Shown: piece after piece, positions 26,101 through 40,979 of the stretch
How the letters are laid out: each line of letters starts with the position of its first letter
How positions within the stretch are numbered: the stretch's first letter is position 1
NCBI GenBank assembly: GCA_040954595.2
Contig: CM082585.2
Span: 324,814-388,813 of the forward strand
Origin: Balanoglossus misakiensis
Taxonomy: Eukaryota; Animalia; Hemichordata
DNA: 64,000 bases
Direction: 5' to 3'
Position numbers and translations under genes: made by a program
The notes under the pieces: model-generated
What the model was told of the DNA's origin: nothing
What the model saw: the letters and a program-made list of their open reading frames with translations, nothing else
Databases searched by the model: none

Positions 26101-28020
26101 TATTTGCAATATTAAACTATCCCTTACAACATTCCAGCATAACTATTTGAATATTTATTTTCATTCTGTAACTGTTCAACTTAAATCTTGTAGAGAATTC
26201 GTTATTCCAAAACAAAGCCTTGAAACTATACATAAGTCTTTTTACTAAAACATGGCCCGTTATGTGACCATTCTTTGAATTCCATTTATGATATGAGAAA
26301 TTAAATTATTTGCAATATTAAACTATCATTTACAACATTCCAGCATAACTATTTGAATATTTGTTTTCATTCTGTGACTGTTCCACTTAAATCTTGTAGA
26401 GAATTCGTTATTCCAAAACAAAGCCTTGAAACTATACATATCCTGTTACGTGACGTTTCTTTGAATTCCATTTATGATGTAAGAAATTAAATTATTTGCA
26501 ATATTAATCTATTCCTTACAACATTCCGGCATAACTCTTTCCATATTTGTTTTCATTCTGTGACTGTTCCACTTAAATCTTGTAGAGAATTCATTATTCC
26601 AAAACAAAGCCTTGAAACTATAACATAAGTCTTTTTAGTAAAACATATCCTGTTATGTGACCATTATTTGAATTCATTTTATGATGTAAGAAAATAAATT
26701 ATTTGCAATATTAATCTATCCCTTTCAACATTCCGGCATAACGCTTTCCATATTTGTTTTCATTCTGTGACTGTTCCACTTAATTCTTGTAGAGAATTCG
26801 TTATTCCAAAACACAGCCTTGAAACTATATATAAATCTTTTTAGTAAAACATGGCCTGTGATGTGACCATTCTTTGAATTTCATTTATGATGTAAGAAAT
26901 TAAATTATTTGCAACATTAAACTATCCCTTACAACATTCCAGCATAACTATTTGAATATTTATTTTCATTCTGTAACTATTCAACTTAAATCTTGTAGAG
27001 AATTCGTTATTCCAAAACAAAGCCTTGAAACTATACATAAGTCTTTTTAGTAAAACATGGCCCGTTATGTGACCATTCTTTGAATTCCATTTATGATATA
27101 AGAAATTAAATTATTTGCAATTTTATTCTATCCCTTACAACATTCCGGAATAACTCTTTCTATATTTGTTTTCATTCTGTGACTGTTCCACTTAAATCTT
27201 GTAGAGAATTTGGTAATTCAACACAAATTCTTGAACCTATACATAAGTCTTTTTAGTAAAACATATCCAGTTATTTGACCATTCTTTGAATTCCATTTAT
27301 GATGTAAGAAATTAAATTTTATGCAATATTAATCTATCCCTTACAACATTTCAGCATAACTCTTTCCATATTTGTTTTCATTCTGTGACTGTTCCACTTA
27401 AATCTTGTAGAGAATTCGTCATTCCAAAACAAAGCCTTCAAACTATACATAAGTCTTTTTGTAAAACATGGCCCGTTATGTGACCATTCTTTGAATTCCA
27501 TTTATGATGTAAGAAATTAAATTATTTGCAATAATTATCTATCCCTTACAACATTCCGGCATAACGCTTTCCATATTTGTTTTCATTCTGTGACAGTTCC
27601 ACTTAAATCTTGTAGATAATTCGTTATTCCAAAACAAAGCCTTCAAACTATACATATTAAGTCTTTTTAGTAAAACATGGCCCGTTATTTGACCATTCTT
27701 TGAATACCATTTATGATGTAAGAAATTAAATTATTTGCAATATTAAACTATCCCTTACAACATTCCAGCATAACTATTTGAATATTTGTTTTCATTTTGT
27801 AACTGTTCAACTTATATCTTGGAGAGAATTCGTTATTCCAAAACAAAGCCTTGAAACTATACATAAGTCTTTTTAGTAAAACATGGCCCGTTATGTGACC
27901 ATTCGTTGAATTCCATTTATGATGTAAGAAATTAAATTATTTGCAATATTAATCTATTCCTTACAACATTCCGGCATAACTCTTTCCATATTTGTTTTCA
28001 TTCTGTGACTGTTCCACTTA

Positions 28021-30435
28021 AATCTTGTAGATAATTCGTTATTCCAAAACAAAGCCTTGAAACTATAACATAAGTCTTTTTCGTAAAACATATCCTGTTA
28101 TGTGACCATTCTTTGAATTCATTTTATGATGTAAGAAATTAAATTATTTGCAATATTAATCTATCCCTTACAACATTCCGGCATAACACTTTCCATATTT
28201 GTTTTCATTCTGTGACTGTTCCACTTAAATCTTGTAGATAATTCGTTATTCCAAAACAAAGCCTTGAAACTATAACATAAGTCTTTTTCGTAAAACATAT
28301 CCTGTTATGTGACCATTCTTTGAATTCATTTTATGATGTAAGAAATTAAATTATTTGCAATATTAATCTATCCCTTACAACATTTCGACATAACTCTTTC
28401 CATATTAGTTTTCATTCTGTGACTGTTCCACTTAAATCTTGTAGAGAATTTGGTATTTCAACACAAATTCTTGAACCTATACATAAGTCTTTTTAGTAAA
28501 ACATATCCAGTTATGTGACCATTCTTTGAATTCCATTTATGATGTAAGAAATTAAATTTTATGCAATATTAATCTATCCCTTACAACATTTCAGCATAAC
28601 TCTTTCCATATTTGTTTTCATTCTGTGACTGTTCCACTTAAATCTTGTAGAGAATTCGTTAATCCAAAACAAAGGCTTGAAATTATACATATCCTGTTAC
28701 GTGACCTTTCTTTGAATTCCATTTATGATGTAAGAAATTAAATTATTTGCAATATTAATCTATTCCTTACAACATTCCGGCATAACTCTTTCCATATTAG
28801 TTTTCATTCTGTGACTGTTCCACTTAAATCTTGTAGATAATTCGTTATTCCAAAACAAAGCCTTGAAACTATAACATAAGTCTTTTTCGTAAAACATATC
28901 CTGTTATGTGACCATTCTTTGAATTCATTTTATGATGTAAGAAATTAAATTATTTGCAATATTAATCTATCCCTTACAACATTCCGGCATAACACTTTCC
29001 ATATTTGTTTTCATTCTGTGACTGTTCCACTTAAATCTTGTAGATAATTCGTTATTCCAAAACAAAGCCTTGAAACTATAACATAAGTCTTTTTCGTAAA
29101 ACATATCCTGTTATGTGACCATTCTTTGAATTCATTTTATGATGTAAGAAATTAAATTATTTGCAATATTAATCTATCCCTTACAACATTTCGACATAAC
29201 TCTTTCCATATTAGTTTTCATTCTGTGACTGTTCCACTTAAATCTTGTAGAGAATTTGGTATTTCAACACAAATTCTTGAACCTATACATAAGTCTTTTT
29301 AGTAAAACATATCCAGTTATGTGACCATTCTTTGAATTCCATTTATGATGTAAGAAATTAAATTTTATGCAATATTAATCTATCCCTTACAACATTTCAG
29401 CATAACTCTTTCCATATTTGTTTTCATTCTGTGACTGTTCCACTTAAATCTTGTAGAGAATTCGTTAATCCAAAACAAAGGCTTGAAATTATACATATCC
29501 TGTTACGTGACCTTTCTTTGAATTCCATTTATGATGTAAGAAATTAAATTATTTGCAATATTAATCTATTCCTTACAACATTCCGGCATAACTCTTTCCA
29601 TATTAGTTTTCATTCTGTGACTGTTCCACTTAAATCTTGTAGATAATTCGTTATTCCAAAACAAAGCCTTGAAACTATAACATAAGTCTTTTTCGTAAAA
29701 CATATCCTGTTATGTGACCATTCTTTGAATTCATTTTATGATGTAAGAAATTAAATTATTTGCAATATTAATCTATCCCTTACAACATTCCGGCATAACT
29801 CTTTCCATATTTGTTTTCATTCTGTGACTGTTCCACTTAAATCTTGTAGATAATTCGTTATTCCAAAACAAAGCCTTGAAACTATACATAAGTCTTTTTA
29901 GTAAAACATGGCCCGTTATGTGACCATTCGTTGAATTCCATTTATGATGTAAGAAATTAAATTATTTGCAATATTAATCTCCCTTACAACATTCCGACAT
30001 AACTCTTTCCATATTAGTTTTCATTCTGTGACTGTTCCACTTAAATCTTGTATAGAATTTGGTATTTCAACACAAATTCTTGAACCTATACATAAGTCTT
30101 TTTAGTAAAACATATCCAGTTATGTGACCATTCTTTGAATTCCATTTATGATGTAAGAAATTAAATTTTATGCAATATTAATCTATCCCTTACAACATTT
30201 CAGCATAACTCTTTCCATATTTGTTTTCATTCTGTGACTGTTCCACTTAAATCTTGTAGAGAATTCGTTAATCCAAAACAAAGACTTGTAATTATACATA
30301 TCCTGTTACGTGACCTTTCTTTGAATTCCATTTATGATGTAAGAAATTAAATTATTTGCAATATTAATCTATTCCTTACAACATTCCGGCATAACTCTTT
30401 CCATATTTGTTTTCATTCTGTGACTGTTCCACTTA
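28021..30435 (+). repeat. 4-monomer HOR, 806-bp period, about 3 copies
   Basis: AATCTTGTAGATAATTC in the same context at 28021, 28827, 29633 and 30436. 207+207+206+186 = 806; the last unit is 803 bp. Confidence 0.88.
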
Positions 30436-33400
30436 AATCTTGTAGATAATTCGTTATTCCAAAACAAAGCCTTGAAACTATAACATCAGTCTTTTTCGTA
30501 AAACATATCCTGTTATGTGACCATTCTTTGAATTCATTTTATGATGTAAGAAATTAAATTATTTGCAATATTAATCTATCCCTTACAACATTCCAGCATA
30601 ACTCTTTCCATATTTGTTTTCATTCTGTGACTATTCCACTTAAATCTTGTAGAGAATTCGTTATTCCAAAACAAAGCCTTGAAACTATACATAAGTCTTT
30701 TTGTAAAACATGGCCCGTTATGTGACCATTCTTTGGTTTCCATTTATGATGTAAGAAATTAAATTATTTGCAATAATTATCTATCCCTTACAACATTCCG
30801 GCATAACGCTTTCCATATTTGTTTTCATTCTGTGACTGTTCCACTTAAATCTTGTAGAGAATTCGTTATTCCAAAACAAAGCCTTCAAACTATACATATT
30901 AAGTCTTTTTAGTAAAACATGGCCCGTTATTTGACCATTCTTTGAATTTCATTTATGATGTAAGAAATTAAATTATTTGCAATATTAAACTATCCCTTAC
31001 AACATTTCAGCATAACTATTTGAATATTGCTTTTCATTCTGTAACTGTTCAACTTAAATCTTGGAGAGAATTCGTTATTCCAAAACAAAGGCTTGAAACT
31101 ATACATAAGTCTTTTTAGTAAAACATGGCCCGTTATGTGACCATTCTTTGAATTCCATTTATGATGTAAGAAATTAAATTATTTGCAATATTAATCTATC
31201 CCTTACCTTATTCCGACATATCTCTTTCCATATTTGTGTTCATTCTGTGACTGTTCCACTTAAATCTTGTAGAGAATTTGGTATTTCAACACAAATTCTT
31301 GAACCTATACATAAGTCTTTTTAGTAAAACATATCCAGTTATGTGACCATTCTTTGAATTCAATTTATGATGTAAGAAATTAAATTTTATGCAATATTAA
31401 TCAATCCCTTACAACATTTCAGCATAACCCTTTCCATATTTGTTTTCATTCTGTGACTGTTCCACTTAAATCTTGTAGAGAATTCGTTACTCCAAAACAA
31501 AGGCTTGAAACTATACATATCCTGTTACGTGACCTTTCTTTGAATTCCATTTATGATGTAAGAAATTAAATTATTTGCAATATTAATCTATCCCTTACCT
31601 TATTCCGACATATCTCTTTCCATATTTGTGTTCATTCTGTGACTGTTCCACTTAAATCTTGTAGAGAATTCGTTATTCCAAAACAAAGCCTTGAAACTAT
31701 AACATAAGTCTTTTTAGTAAAACATATCCTGTTATGTGACCATTCTTTGAATTCATTTTATGATGTAAGAAATTAAATTATTTGCAATATTAATCTATCC
31801 CTTACAACATTCCAGCATAACTCTTTCCATATTTGTTTTCATTCTGTGACTATTCCACTTAAATCTTGTAGAGAATCCGTTATTCCAAAACAAAACCTTG
31901 AAACTATACATTAGTCTTTTTAGTAAAACATGGCCCGTTATGTGACCATTCTTTGAATTTCATTTATGATGTAAGAAATTAAATTATTTGCAATATTAAT
32001 CTATCCCTTACAACATTCCAGCATAACTATTTGAATATTTGTTTTCATTCTGTGACTGTTCCACTTAAATCTTGTAGAGAATTCGTTATTCCAAAACAAA
32101 GCCTTGAATCTATAACATAAGTCTTTTTAGTAAAACATATCCTGTTATGTGACCATTCTTTGAATTCATTTTATGATGTAAGAAATTAAATTATTTGCAA
32201 TATTAATCTATCCCTTATAACATTCCAGCATACCTCTTTCCATATTTGTTTTCATTCTGTGACTGTTCCACTTAAATCTTGTAGAGAATTCGTTATTCCA
32301 AAACAAAGCCTTGAAACGATACATATCCTGTTACGTGACGTTTCTTTGAATTCCATTTGTGATGTAAGAAATTAAATTATTTGCAATATTAATCTATTCC
32401 TTACAACATTCCGGCATAACACTTTCCATATTTGTTTTCATTCTGTGACTGTTCCACTTAAATCTTGTAGAGAATTCGTTATTCCAAAACAAAGCCTTGA
32501 AACTATAACATAAGTCTTTTTAGTAAAACATATCCTGTTATGTGACCATTCTTTGAATTTATTTTATGATGTAAGAAATTAAATTATTTGCAATATTAAT
32601 CTATCCCTTATAACATTCCAGCATAACTCTTTCCATATTTGTTTTCATTCTGTGACTGTTCCACTTAAATCTTGTAGAGAATTCGTTATTCCAAAACAAA
32701 GCCTTGTAACTATACATAAGTTTTTTTAGTAAAACATATCCTGTTATGTGACCATTCTTTGAATTGATTTTATGATGTAAGAAATTAAATTATTTGCAAT
32801 ATTAATCTATCCCTTACAACATTCCAGCATAACTCTTTCCATATTTGTTTTCATTCTGTGACTGTTCCACTTAAATCCTGTAGAGAATTCGTTATTCCAA
32901 AACAAAGCCTTGAAACTATACATATTAAGTCTTTTTGTAAAACATGGCCCGTTATGTGACCATTCTTTGAATTCCATTTATGATGTAAGAAATTAAATTA
33001 TTTGCAATATTAAACTATCCCTTACAACATTCTGGCATAACTATGTGAATATTTGTTTTCATTCTGTAACTGTTCAAATTAAATCTTGGAGTGAATTCGT
33101 TATTCCAAAACAAAGCCTTGACACTATACATAAGTCTTTTTACTAAAACATGGCCCGTTATGTGACCATTCTTTGAATTCCATTTATGATATAAGAAATT
33201 AAATTATTTGCAATATTAATCTATCCCTTACAACATTCAGGCATAACTCTTTCTATATTTGTTTTCATTCAGTGACTGTTCCACTTAAATCTTGTAGAGA
33301 ATTTGGTATTTCAACACAAATTATTGAACCTATACATAAGTCTTTTTAGTAAAACATATCCTGTTATGTGACCATTATTTGAATTCCATTTATGATGTAA

Positions 33401-34499
33401 GAAATGAAATTGTATGCAATATTAATCTATCCCTTACAACATTTCAGCATAACTCTTTCCATATTTTTTTCCATTCTGTGACTGTTCCACTTAAATCTTG
33501 TAGAGAATTCGTTACTCCAAAACAAAGGCGTGAAACTATACATATCCTGTTACGTGACCTGTCTTTGAATTCCATTTATGATGTAAGAAATTAAATTTTT
33601 TGCAATATTAATCTATCCCTTACAACATTCCGGCATAACTCTTTCCATATTTGTTTTCATTCTGTGACTGTTCCACTTAAATCTTGTAGAGAATTCGTTA
33701 TTCCAAAACAAAGCCTTGAATCTATAACATAAGTCTTTTTAGTAAAACATATCCTGTTATGTGACCATTCTTTGAATTCATTTTATGATGTAAGAAATTA
33801 AATTATTTGCAATATTAATCTATCCCTTATAACATTCCAGCATAACTCTTTCCATATTTGTTTTCATTCTGTGACTGTTCCACTTAAATCTTGTAGAGAA
33901 TTCGTTATTCCAAAACAAAGCCTTGAAACTATACAAAAGTCTTTTTGTAAAACATGGCCCGTTATGTGACCATTCTTTGAATTCCATTTATGATGTAAGA
34001 AATTAAATTATTTGCAATATTAATCTATCCCTTACAACATTCTGGCATAACTATTTGAATATTTGTTTTCATTCTGTAACTGTTCAACTTAAATCTTGGA
34101 GAGAATTCGTTATTCCAAAACAAAGCCTTGAAACTATACATAAGTCTTTTTAGTAAAACATGGCCCGTTATGTGACCATTCTTTGAATTCCATTTATGAT
34201 GTAAGCAATTAAATTATTTGCAATATTAATCTATCCCTTACAACATACCGACATAACTCTTTCCATATTTGTTTTCATTCTGTGACTGTTCCACTTAAAT
34301 CTTGTAGAGAATTCGTTATTCCAAAACAAAGCCTTGAAACTATACAAAAGTCTTTTTGTAAAACATGGCCCGTTATGTGACCATTCTTTGAATTCCATTT
34401 ATGATGTAAGAAATTAAATTATTTGCAATATTAATCTATCCCTTACAACATTCTGGCATAACTATTTGAATATTTGTTTTCATTCTGTAACTGTTCAAC

Positions 34500-37400
34500 T
34501 TAAATCTTGGAGAGAATTCGTTATTCCAAAACAAAGCCTTGAAACTATACATAAATCTTTTTAGTAAAACATGGCCCGTTATGTGACCATTCTTTGAATT
34601 CCATTTATGATGTAAGCAATTAAATTATTTGCAATATTAATCTATCCCTTACAACATACCGACATAACTCTTTCCATATTTGTTTTCATTCTGTGACTGT
34701 TCCACTTAAATCTTGTAGAGAATTCGTTATTCCAAAACAAAGCCTTGAAACGATACATATCCTGTTACGTGACGTTTCTTTGAATTCCATTTATGATGTA
34801 AGAAATTAAATTATTTGCAATATTAATCTATTCCTTACAACATTCCGGCATAACTCTTTCCATATTTGTTTTCATTCTGTGACTGTTCCACTTAAATCTT
34901 GTAGAGAATTCGTTATTCCAAAACAAAGCCTTGAAACTATAACATAAGTCTTTTTAGTAAAACATATCCTGTTATGTGACCATTCTTTGAATTTATTTTA
35001 TGATGTAAGAAATTAAATTATTTGCAATATTAATCTATCCCTTATAACATTCCAGCATAACTCTTTCCATATTTGTTTTCATTCTGTGACTGTTCCACTT
35101 AAATCTTGGAGAGAATTCGTTATTCCAAAACAAAGCCTTGATACTATACAAAAGTCTTTTTGTAAAACATGGCCCGTTATGTGACCATTCTTTGAATTCC
35201 ATTTATGATGTAAGAAATTAAATTATTTGCAATATTAATCTATCCCTTACAACATTCTGGCATAACTATTTGAATATTTGTTTTCATTCTGTAACTGTTC
35301 AACTTAAATCTTGGAGAGAATTCGTTATTCCAAAACAAAGCCTTGAAACTATACATAAGTCTTTTTAGTAAAACATGGCCCGTTATGTGACCATTCTTTG
35401 AATTCCATTTATGATATAAGAAATTAAATTATTTGCAATATTAATCTATCCCTTACAACATTCAGGCATAACTCTTTCTATATTTGTTTTCATTCTGTGA
35501 CTGTTCCACTTAAATCTTGTAGAGAATTTGGTATTTCAACACAAATTATTGAACCTATACATAAGTCTTTTAAGTAAAACATATCCTGTTATGTGACCAT
35601 TATTTTAATTCCATTTATGATGTAAGAAATTAAATTGTATGCAATATTAATCTATCCCTTACAACATTTCAGCATAACTCTTTCCATATTTGTTTCCATT
35701 CTGTGACTGTTCCACTTAAATCTTGTAGAGAATTCGTTACTCCAAAACAAAGGCTTGAAACTATACATATCCTGTTACGTGACCTGTCTTTGAATTCCAT
35801 TTATGATGTAAGAAATTAAATTTTTTGCAATATTAATCTATCCCTTACAACATTCCGGCATAACTCTTTCCATATTTGTTTTCATTCTGTGACTGTTCCA
35901 CTTAAATCTTGTAGAGAATTCGTCATTCCAAAACAAAGCCTTGAATCTATAACATAAGTCTTTTTAGTAAAACATATCCTGTTATGTGACCATTCTTTGA
36001 ATTCATTTTATGATGTAAGAAATTAAATTATTTGCAATATTAATCTATCCCTTATAACATTCCAGCATAACTCTTTCCATATTTGTTTTCATTCTGTGAC
36101 TGTTCCACTTAAATCTTGTAGAGAATTCGTTATTCCAAAACAAAGCCTTGAAACTATACAAAAGTCTTTTTGTAAAACATGGCCCGTTATGTGACCATTC
36201 TTTGAATTCCATTTATGATGTAAGAAATTAAATTATTTGCAATATTAATCTATCCCTTACAACATTCTGGCATAACTATTTGAATATTTGTTTTCATTCT
36301 GTAACTGTTCAACTTAAATCTTGGAGAGAATTCGTTATTCCAAAACAAAGCCTTGAAACTATACATAAATCTTTTTAGTAAAACATGGCCCGTTATGTGA
36401 CCATTCTTTGAATTCCATTTATGATGTAAGCAATTAAATTATTTGCAATATTAATCTATCCCTTACAACATACCGACATAACTCTTTCCATATTTGTTTT
36501 CATTCTGTGACTGTTCCACTTAAATCTTGTAGAGAATTCGTTATTCCAAAACAAAGCCTTGAAACGATACATATCCTGTTACGTGACGTTTCTTTGAATT
36601 CCATTTATGATGTAAGAAATTAAATTATTTGCAATATTAATCTATTCCTTACAACATTCCGGCATAACTCTTTCCATATTTGTTTTCATTCTGTGACTGT
36701 TCCACTTAAATCTTGTAGAGAATTCGTTATTCCAAAACAAAGCCTTGAAACTATAACATAAGTCTTTTTAGTAAAACATATCCTGTTATGTGACCATTCT
36801 TTGAATTTATTTTATGATGTAAGAAATTAAATTATTTGCAATATTAATCTATCCCTTATAACATTCCAGCATAACTCTTTCCATATTTGTTTTCATTCTG
36901 TGACTGTTCCACTTAAATCTTGGAGAGAATTCGTTATTCCAAAACAAAGCCTTGATACTATACAAAAGTCTTTTTGTAAAACATGGCCCGTTATGTGACC
37001 ATTCTTTGAATTCCATTTATGATGTAAGAAATTAAATTATTTGCAATATTAATCTATCCCTTACAACATTCTGGCCTAACTATTCGAATATTTGTTTTCA
37101 TTCTGTAACTGTTCAACTTAAATCTTGGAGAGAATTCGTTATTCCAAAACAAAGCCTTGAAACTATACATAAGTCTTTTTAGTAAAACATGGCCCGTTAT
37201 GTGACCATTCTTTGAATTCCATTTATGATATAAGAAATTAAATTATTTGCAATATTAATCTATCCCTTACAACATTCAGGCATAACTCTTTCTATATTTG
37301 TTTTCATTCTGTGACTGTTCCACTTAAATCTTGTAGAGAATTTGGTATTTCAACACAAATTATTGAACCTATACATAAGTCTTTTAAGTAAAACATATCC

Positions 37401-39970
37401 TGTTATGTGACCATTATTTTAATTCCATTTATGATGTAAGAAATTAAATTGTATGCAATATTAATCTATCCCTTACAACATCTAGCATAACTCTTTCCAT
37501 ATTTGTTTCCATTCTGTGACTGTTCCACTTAAATCTTGTAGAGAATTCGTTACTCCAAAACAAAGGCTTGAAACTATACATATCCTGTTACGTGACCTGT
37601 CTTTGAATTCCATTTATGATGTAAGAAATTAAATTTTTTGCAATATTAATCTATCCCTTACAACATTCCGGCATAACTCTTTCCATATTTGTTTTCATTC
37701 TGTGACTGTTCCACTTAAATCTTGTAGAGAATTCGTTATTCCAAAACAAAGCCTTGAATCTATAACATAAGTCTTTTTAGTAAAACATGGCCCGTTATGT
37801 GACCATTCTTTGAATTCATTTTATGATGTAAGAAATTAAATTATTTGCAATATTAATCTATCCCTTATAACATTCCAGCATAACTCTTTCCATATTTGTT
37901 TTCATTCTGTGACTGTTCCACTTAAATCTTGTAGAGAATTCGTTATTCCAAAACAAAGCCTTGTAACTATACATAAGTCTTTTTAGTAAAACATATCCTG
38001 TTATGTGACCATTCTTTGAATTCATTTTATGATGTAAGAAATTAAATTATTTGCAATATTAATCTATCCCTTACAACATTCCAGCATAACTCTTTCCATA
38101 TTTGTTTTCATTCTGTGACTGCTCCACTTAAATCCTGTAGAGAATTCGTTATTCCAAAACAAAGCCTTGAAACTATACATAAATCTTTTTAGTAAAACAT
38201 GGCCCGTTATGTGACCATTCTTTGAATTCCATTTATGATGTAAGCAATTAAATTATTTGCAATATTAATCTATCCCTTACAACATACCGACATAACTCTT
38301 TCCATATTTGTTTTCATTCTGTGACTGTTCCACTTAAATCTTGTAGAGAATTCGTTATTCCAAAACAAAGCCTTGAAACGATACATATCCTGTTACGTGA
38401 CGTTTCTTTGAATTCCATTTATGATGTAAGAAATTAAATTATTTGCAATATTAATCTATTCCTTACAACATTCCGGCATAACTCTTTCCATATTTGTTTT
38501 CATTCTGTGACTGTTCCACTTAAATCTTGTAGAGAATTCGTTATTCCAAAACAAAGCCTTGAAACTATAACATAAGTCTTTTTAGTAAAACATATCCTGT
38601 TATGTGACCATTCTTTGAATTTATTTTATGATGTAAGAAATTAAATTATTTGCAATATTAATCTATCCCTTATAACATTCCAGCATAACTCTTTCCATAT
38701 TTGTTTTCATTCTGTGACTGTTCCACTTAAATCTTGGAGAGAATTCGTTATTCCAAAACAAAGCCTTGATACTATACAAAAGTCTTTTTGTAAAACATGG
38801 CCCGTTATGTGACCATTCTTTGAATTCCATTTATGATGTAAGAAATTAAATTATTTGCAATATTAATCTATCCCTTACAACATTCTGGCATAACTATTCG
38901 AATATTTGTTTTCATTCTGTAACTGTTCAACTTAAATCTTGGAGAGAATTCGTTATTCCAAAACAAAGCCTTGAAACTATACATAAGTCTTTTTAGTAAA
39001 ACATGGCCCGTTATGTGACCATTCTTTGAATTCCATTTATGATATAAGAAATTAAATTATTTGCAATATTAATCTATCCCTTACAACATTCAGGCATAAC
39101 TCTTTCTATATTTGTTTTCATTCTGTGACTGTTCCACTTAAATCTTGTAGAGAATTTGGTATTTCAACACAAATTATTGAACCTATACATAAGTCTTTTA
39201 AGTAAAACATATCCTGTTATGTGACCATTATTTTAATTCCATTTATGATGTAAGAAATTAAATTGTATGCAATATTAATCTATCCCTTACAACATTTCAG
39301 CATAACTCTTTCCATATTTGTTTCCATTCTGTGACTGTTCCACTTAAATCTTGTAGAGAATTCGTTACTCCAAAACAAAGGCTTGAAACTATACATATCC
39401 TGTTACGTGACCTGTCTTTGAATTCCATTTATGATGTAAGAAATTAAATTTTTTGCAATATTAATCTATCCCTTACAACATTCCGGCATAACTCTTTCCA
39501 TATTTGTTTTCATTCTGTGACTGTTCCACTTAAATCTTGTAGAGAATTCGTTATTCCAAAACAAAGCCTTGAATCTATAACATAAGTCTTTTTAGTAAAA
39601 CATGGCCCATTCTTTGAATTCATTTTATGATGTAAGAAATTAAATTATTTGCAATATTAATCTATCCCTTATAACATTCCAGCATAACTCTTTCCATATT
39701 TGTTTTCATTCTGTGACTGTTCCACTTAAATCTTGTAGAGAATTCGTTATTCCAAAACAAAGCCTTGTAACTATACATAAGTCTTTTTAGTAAAACATAT
39801 CCTGTTATGTGACCATTCTTTGAATTCATTTTATGATGTAAGAAATTAAATTATTTGCAATATTAATCTATCCCTTACAACATTCCAGCATAACTCTTTC
39901 CATATTTGTTTTCATTCTGTGACTGCTCCACTTAAATCCTGTAGAGAATTCGTTATTCCAAAACAAAGCC
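34500..39970 (+). repeat. 9-monomer HOR, 1,814-bp period, about 3 copies; boundaries approximate
   Basis: CGATACAT at 34751/36565/38379 and ATACTATACAAAAG at 35141/36955/38769. Confidence 0.88.
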
Positions 39971-40979
39971 TTGAAACTATACAAAATTCTTTTTGTAAAA
40001 CATGGCCCGTTATGTGACCATTCTTTGAATTCCATTTATGATGTAAGAAATTAAATTATTTGCAATATTAATCTATCCCTTAGAACATTCTGGCATAACT
40101 ATTTGAATATTTGTTTTCATTCTGTAACTGTTCAACTTAAATCTTGGAGAGAATTCGTTATTCCAAAACAAAGCCTTGAAACTATACATAAGTCTTTTTA
40201 GTAAAACATGGCCCGTTATGTGACCATTCTTTGAATTCCATTTATGATGTAAGAAATTAAATTATTTGCAATATTAATCTATCCCTTACAACATACCGAC
40301 ATAACTCTTTCCATATTTGTTTTCATTCTGTGACTGTTCCACTTAAATCTTGTAGAGAATTCGTTATTCCAAAACAAAGCCTTGAAACGATACATATCCT
40401 GTTACGTGACGTTTCTTTGAATTCCATTTATGATGTAAGAAATTAAATTATTTGCAATATTAATCTATTCCTTACAACATTCCGGCATAACTCTTTCCAT
40501 ATTTGTTTTCATTCTGTGACTGTTCCACTTAAATCTTGTAGAGAATTCGTTATTCCAAAACAAAGCCTTGAAACTATAACATAAGTCTTTTTAGTAAAAC
40601 ATATCCTGTTATGTGACCATTCTTTGAATTTATTTTATGATGTAAGAAATTAAATTATTTGCAATATTAATCTATCCCTTATAACATTCCAGCATAACTC
40701 TTTCCATATTTGTTTTCATTCTGTGACTGTTCCACTTAAATCTTGGAGAGAATTCGTTATTCCAAAACAAAGCCTTGAAACTATACAAAAGTCTTTTTGT
40801 AAAACATGGCCCGTTATGTGACCATTCTTTGAATTCCATTTATGATGTAAGAAATTAAATTATTTGCAATATTAATCTATCCCTTACAACATTCCGACAT
40901 AACTCTTTCCATATTTGTTTTCATTCTGTGACTGTTCCACTTAAATCTTGTAGAGAATTCGTTATTCCAAAACAAAGCC

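Noticed and set aside
33379-33594. 71-aa ORF in the satellite
   Set aside because: Chance read-through. A point change (AAATTAAA to AAATGAAA) removes a stop, and the 186-bp monomer is a multiple of 3, so the peptide just repeats the monomer.
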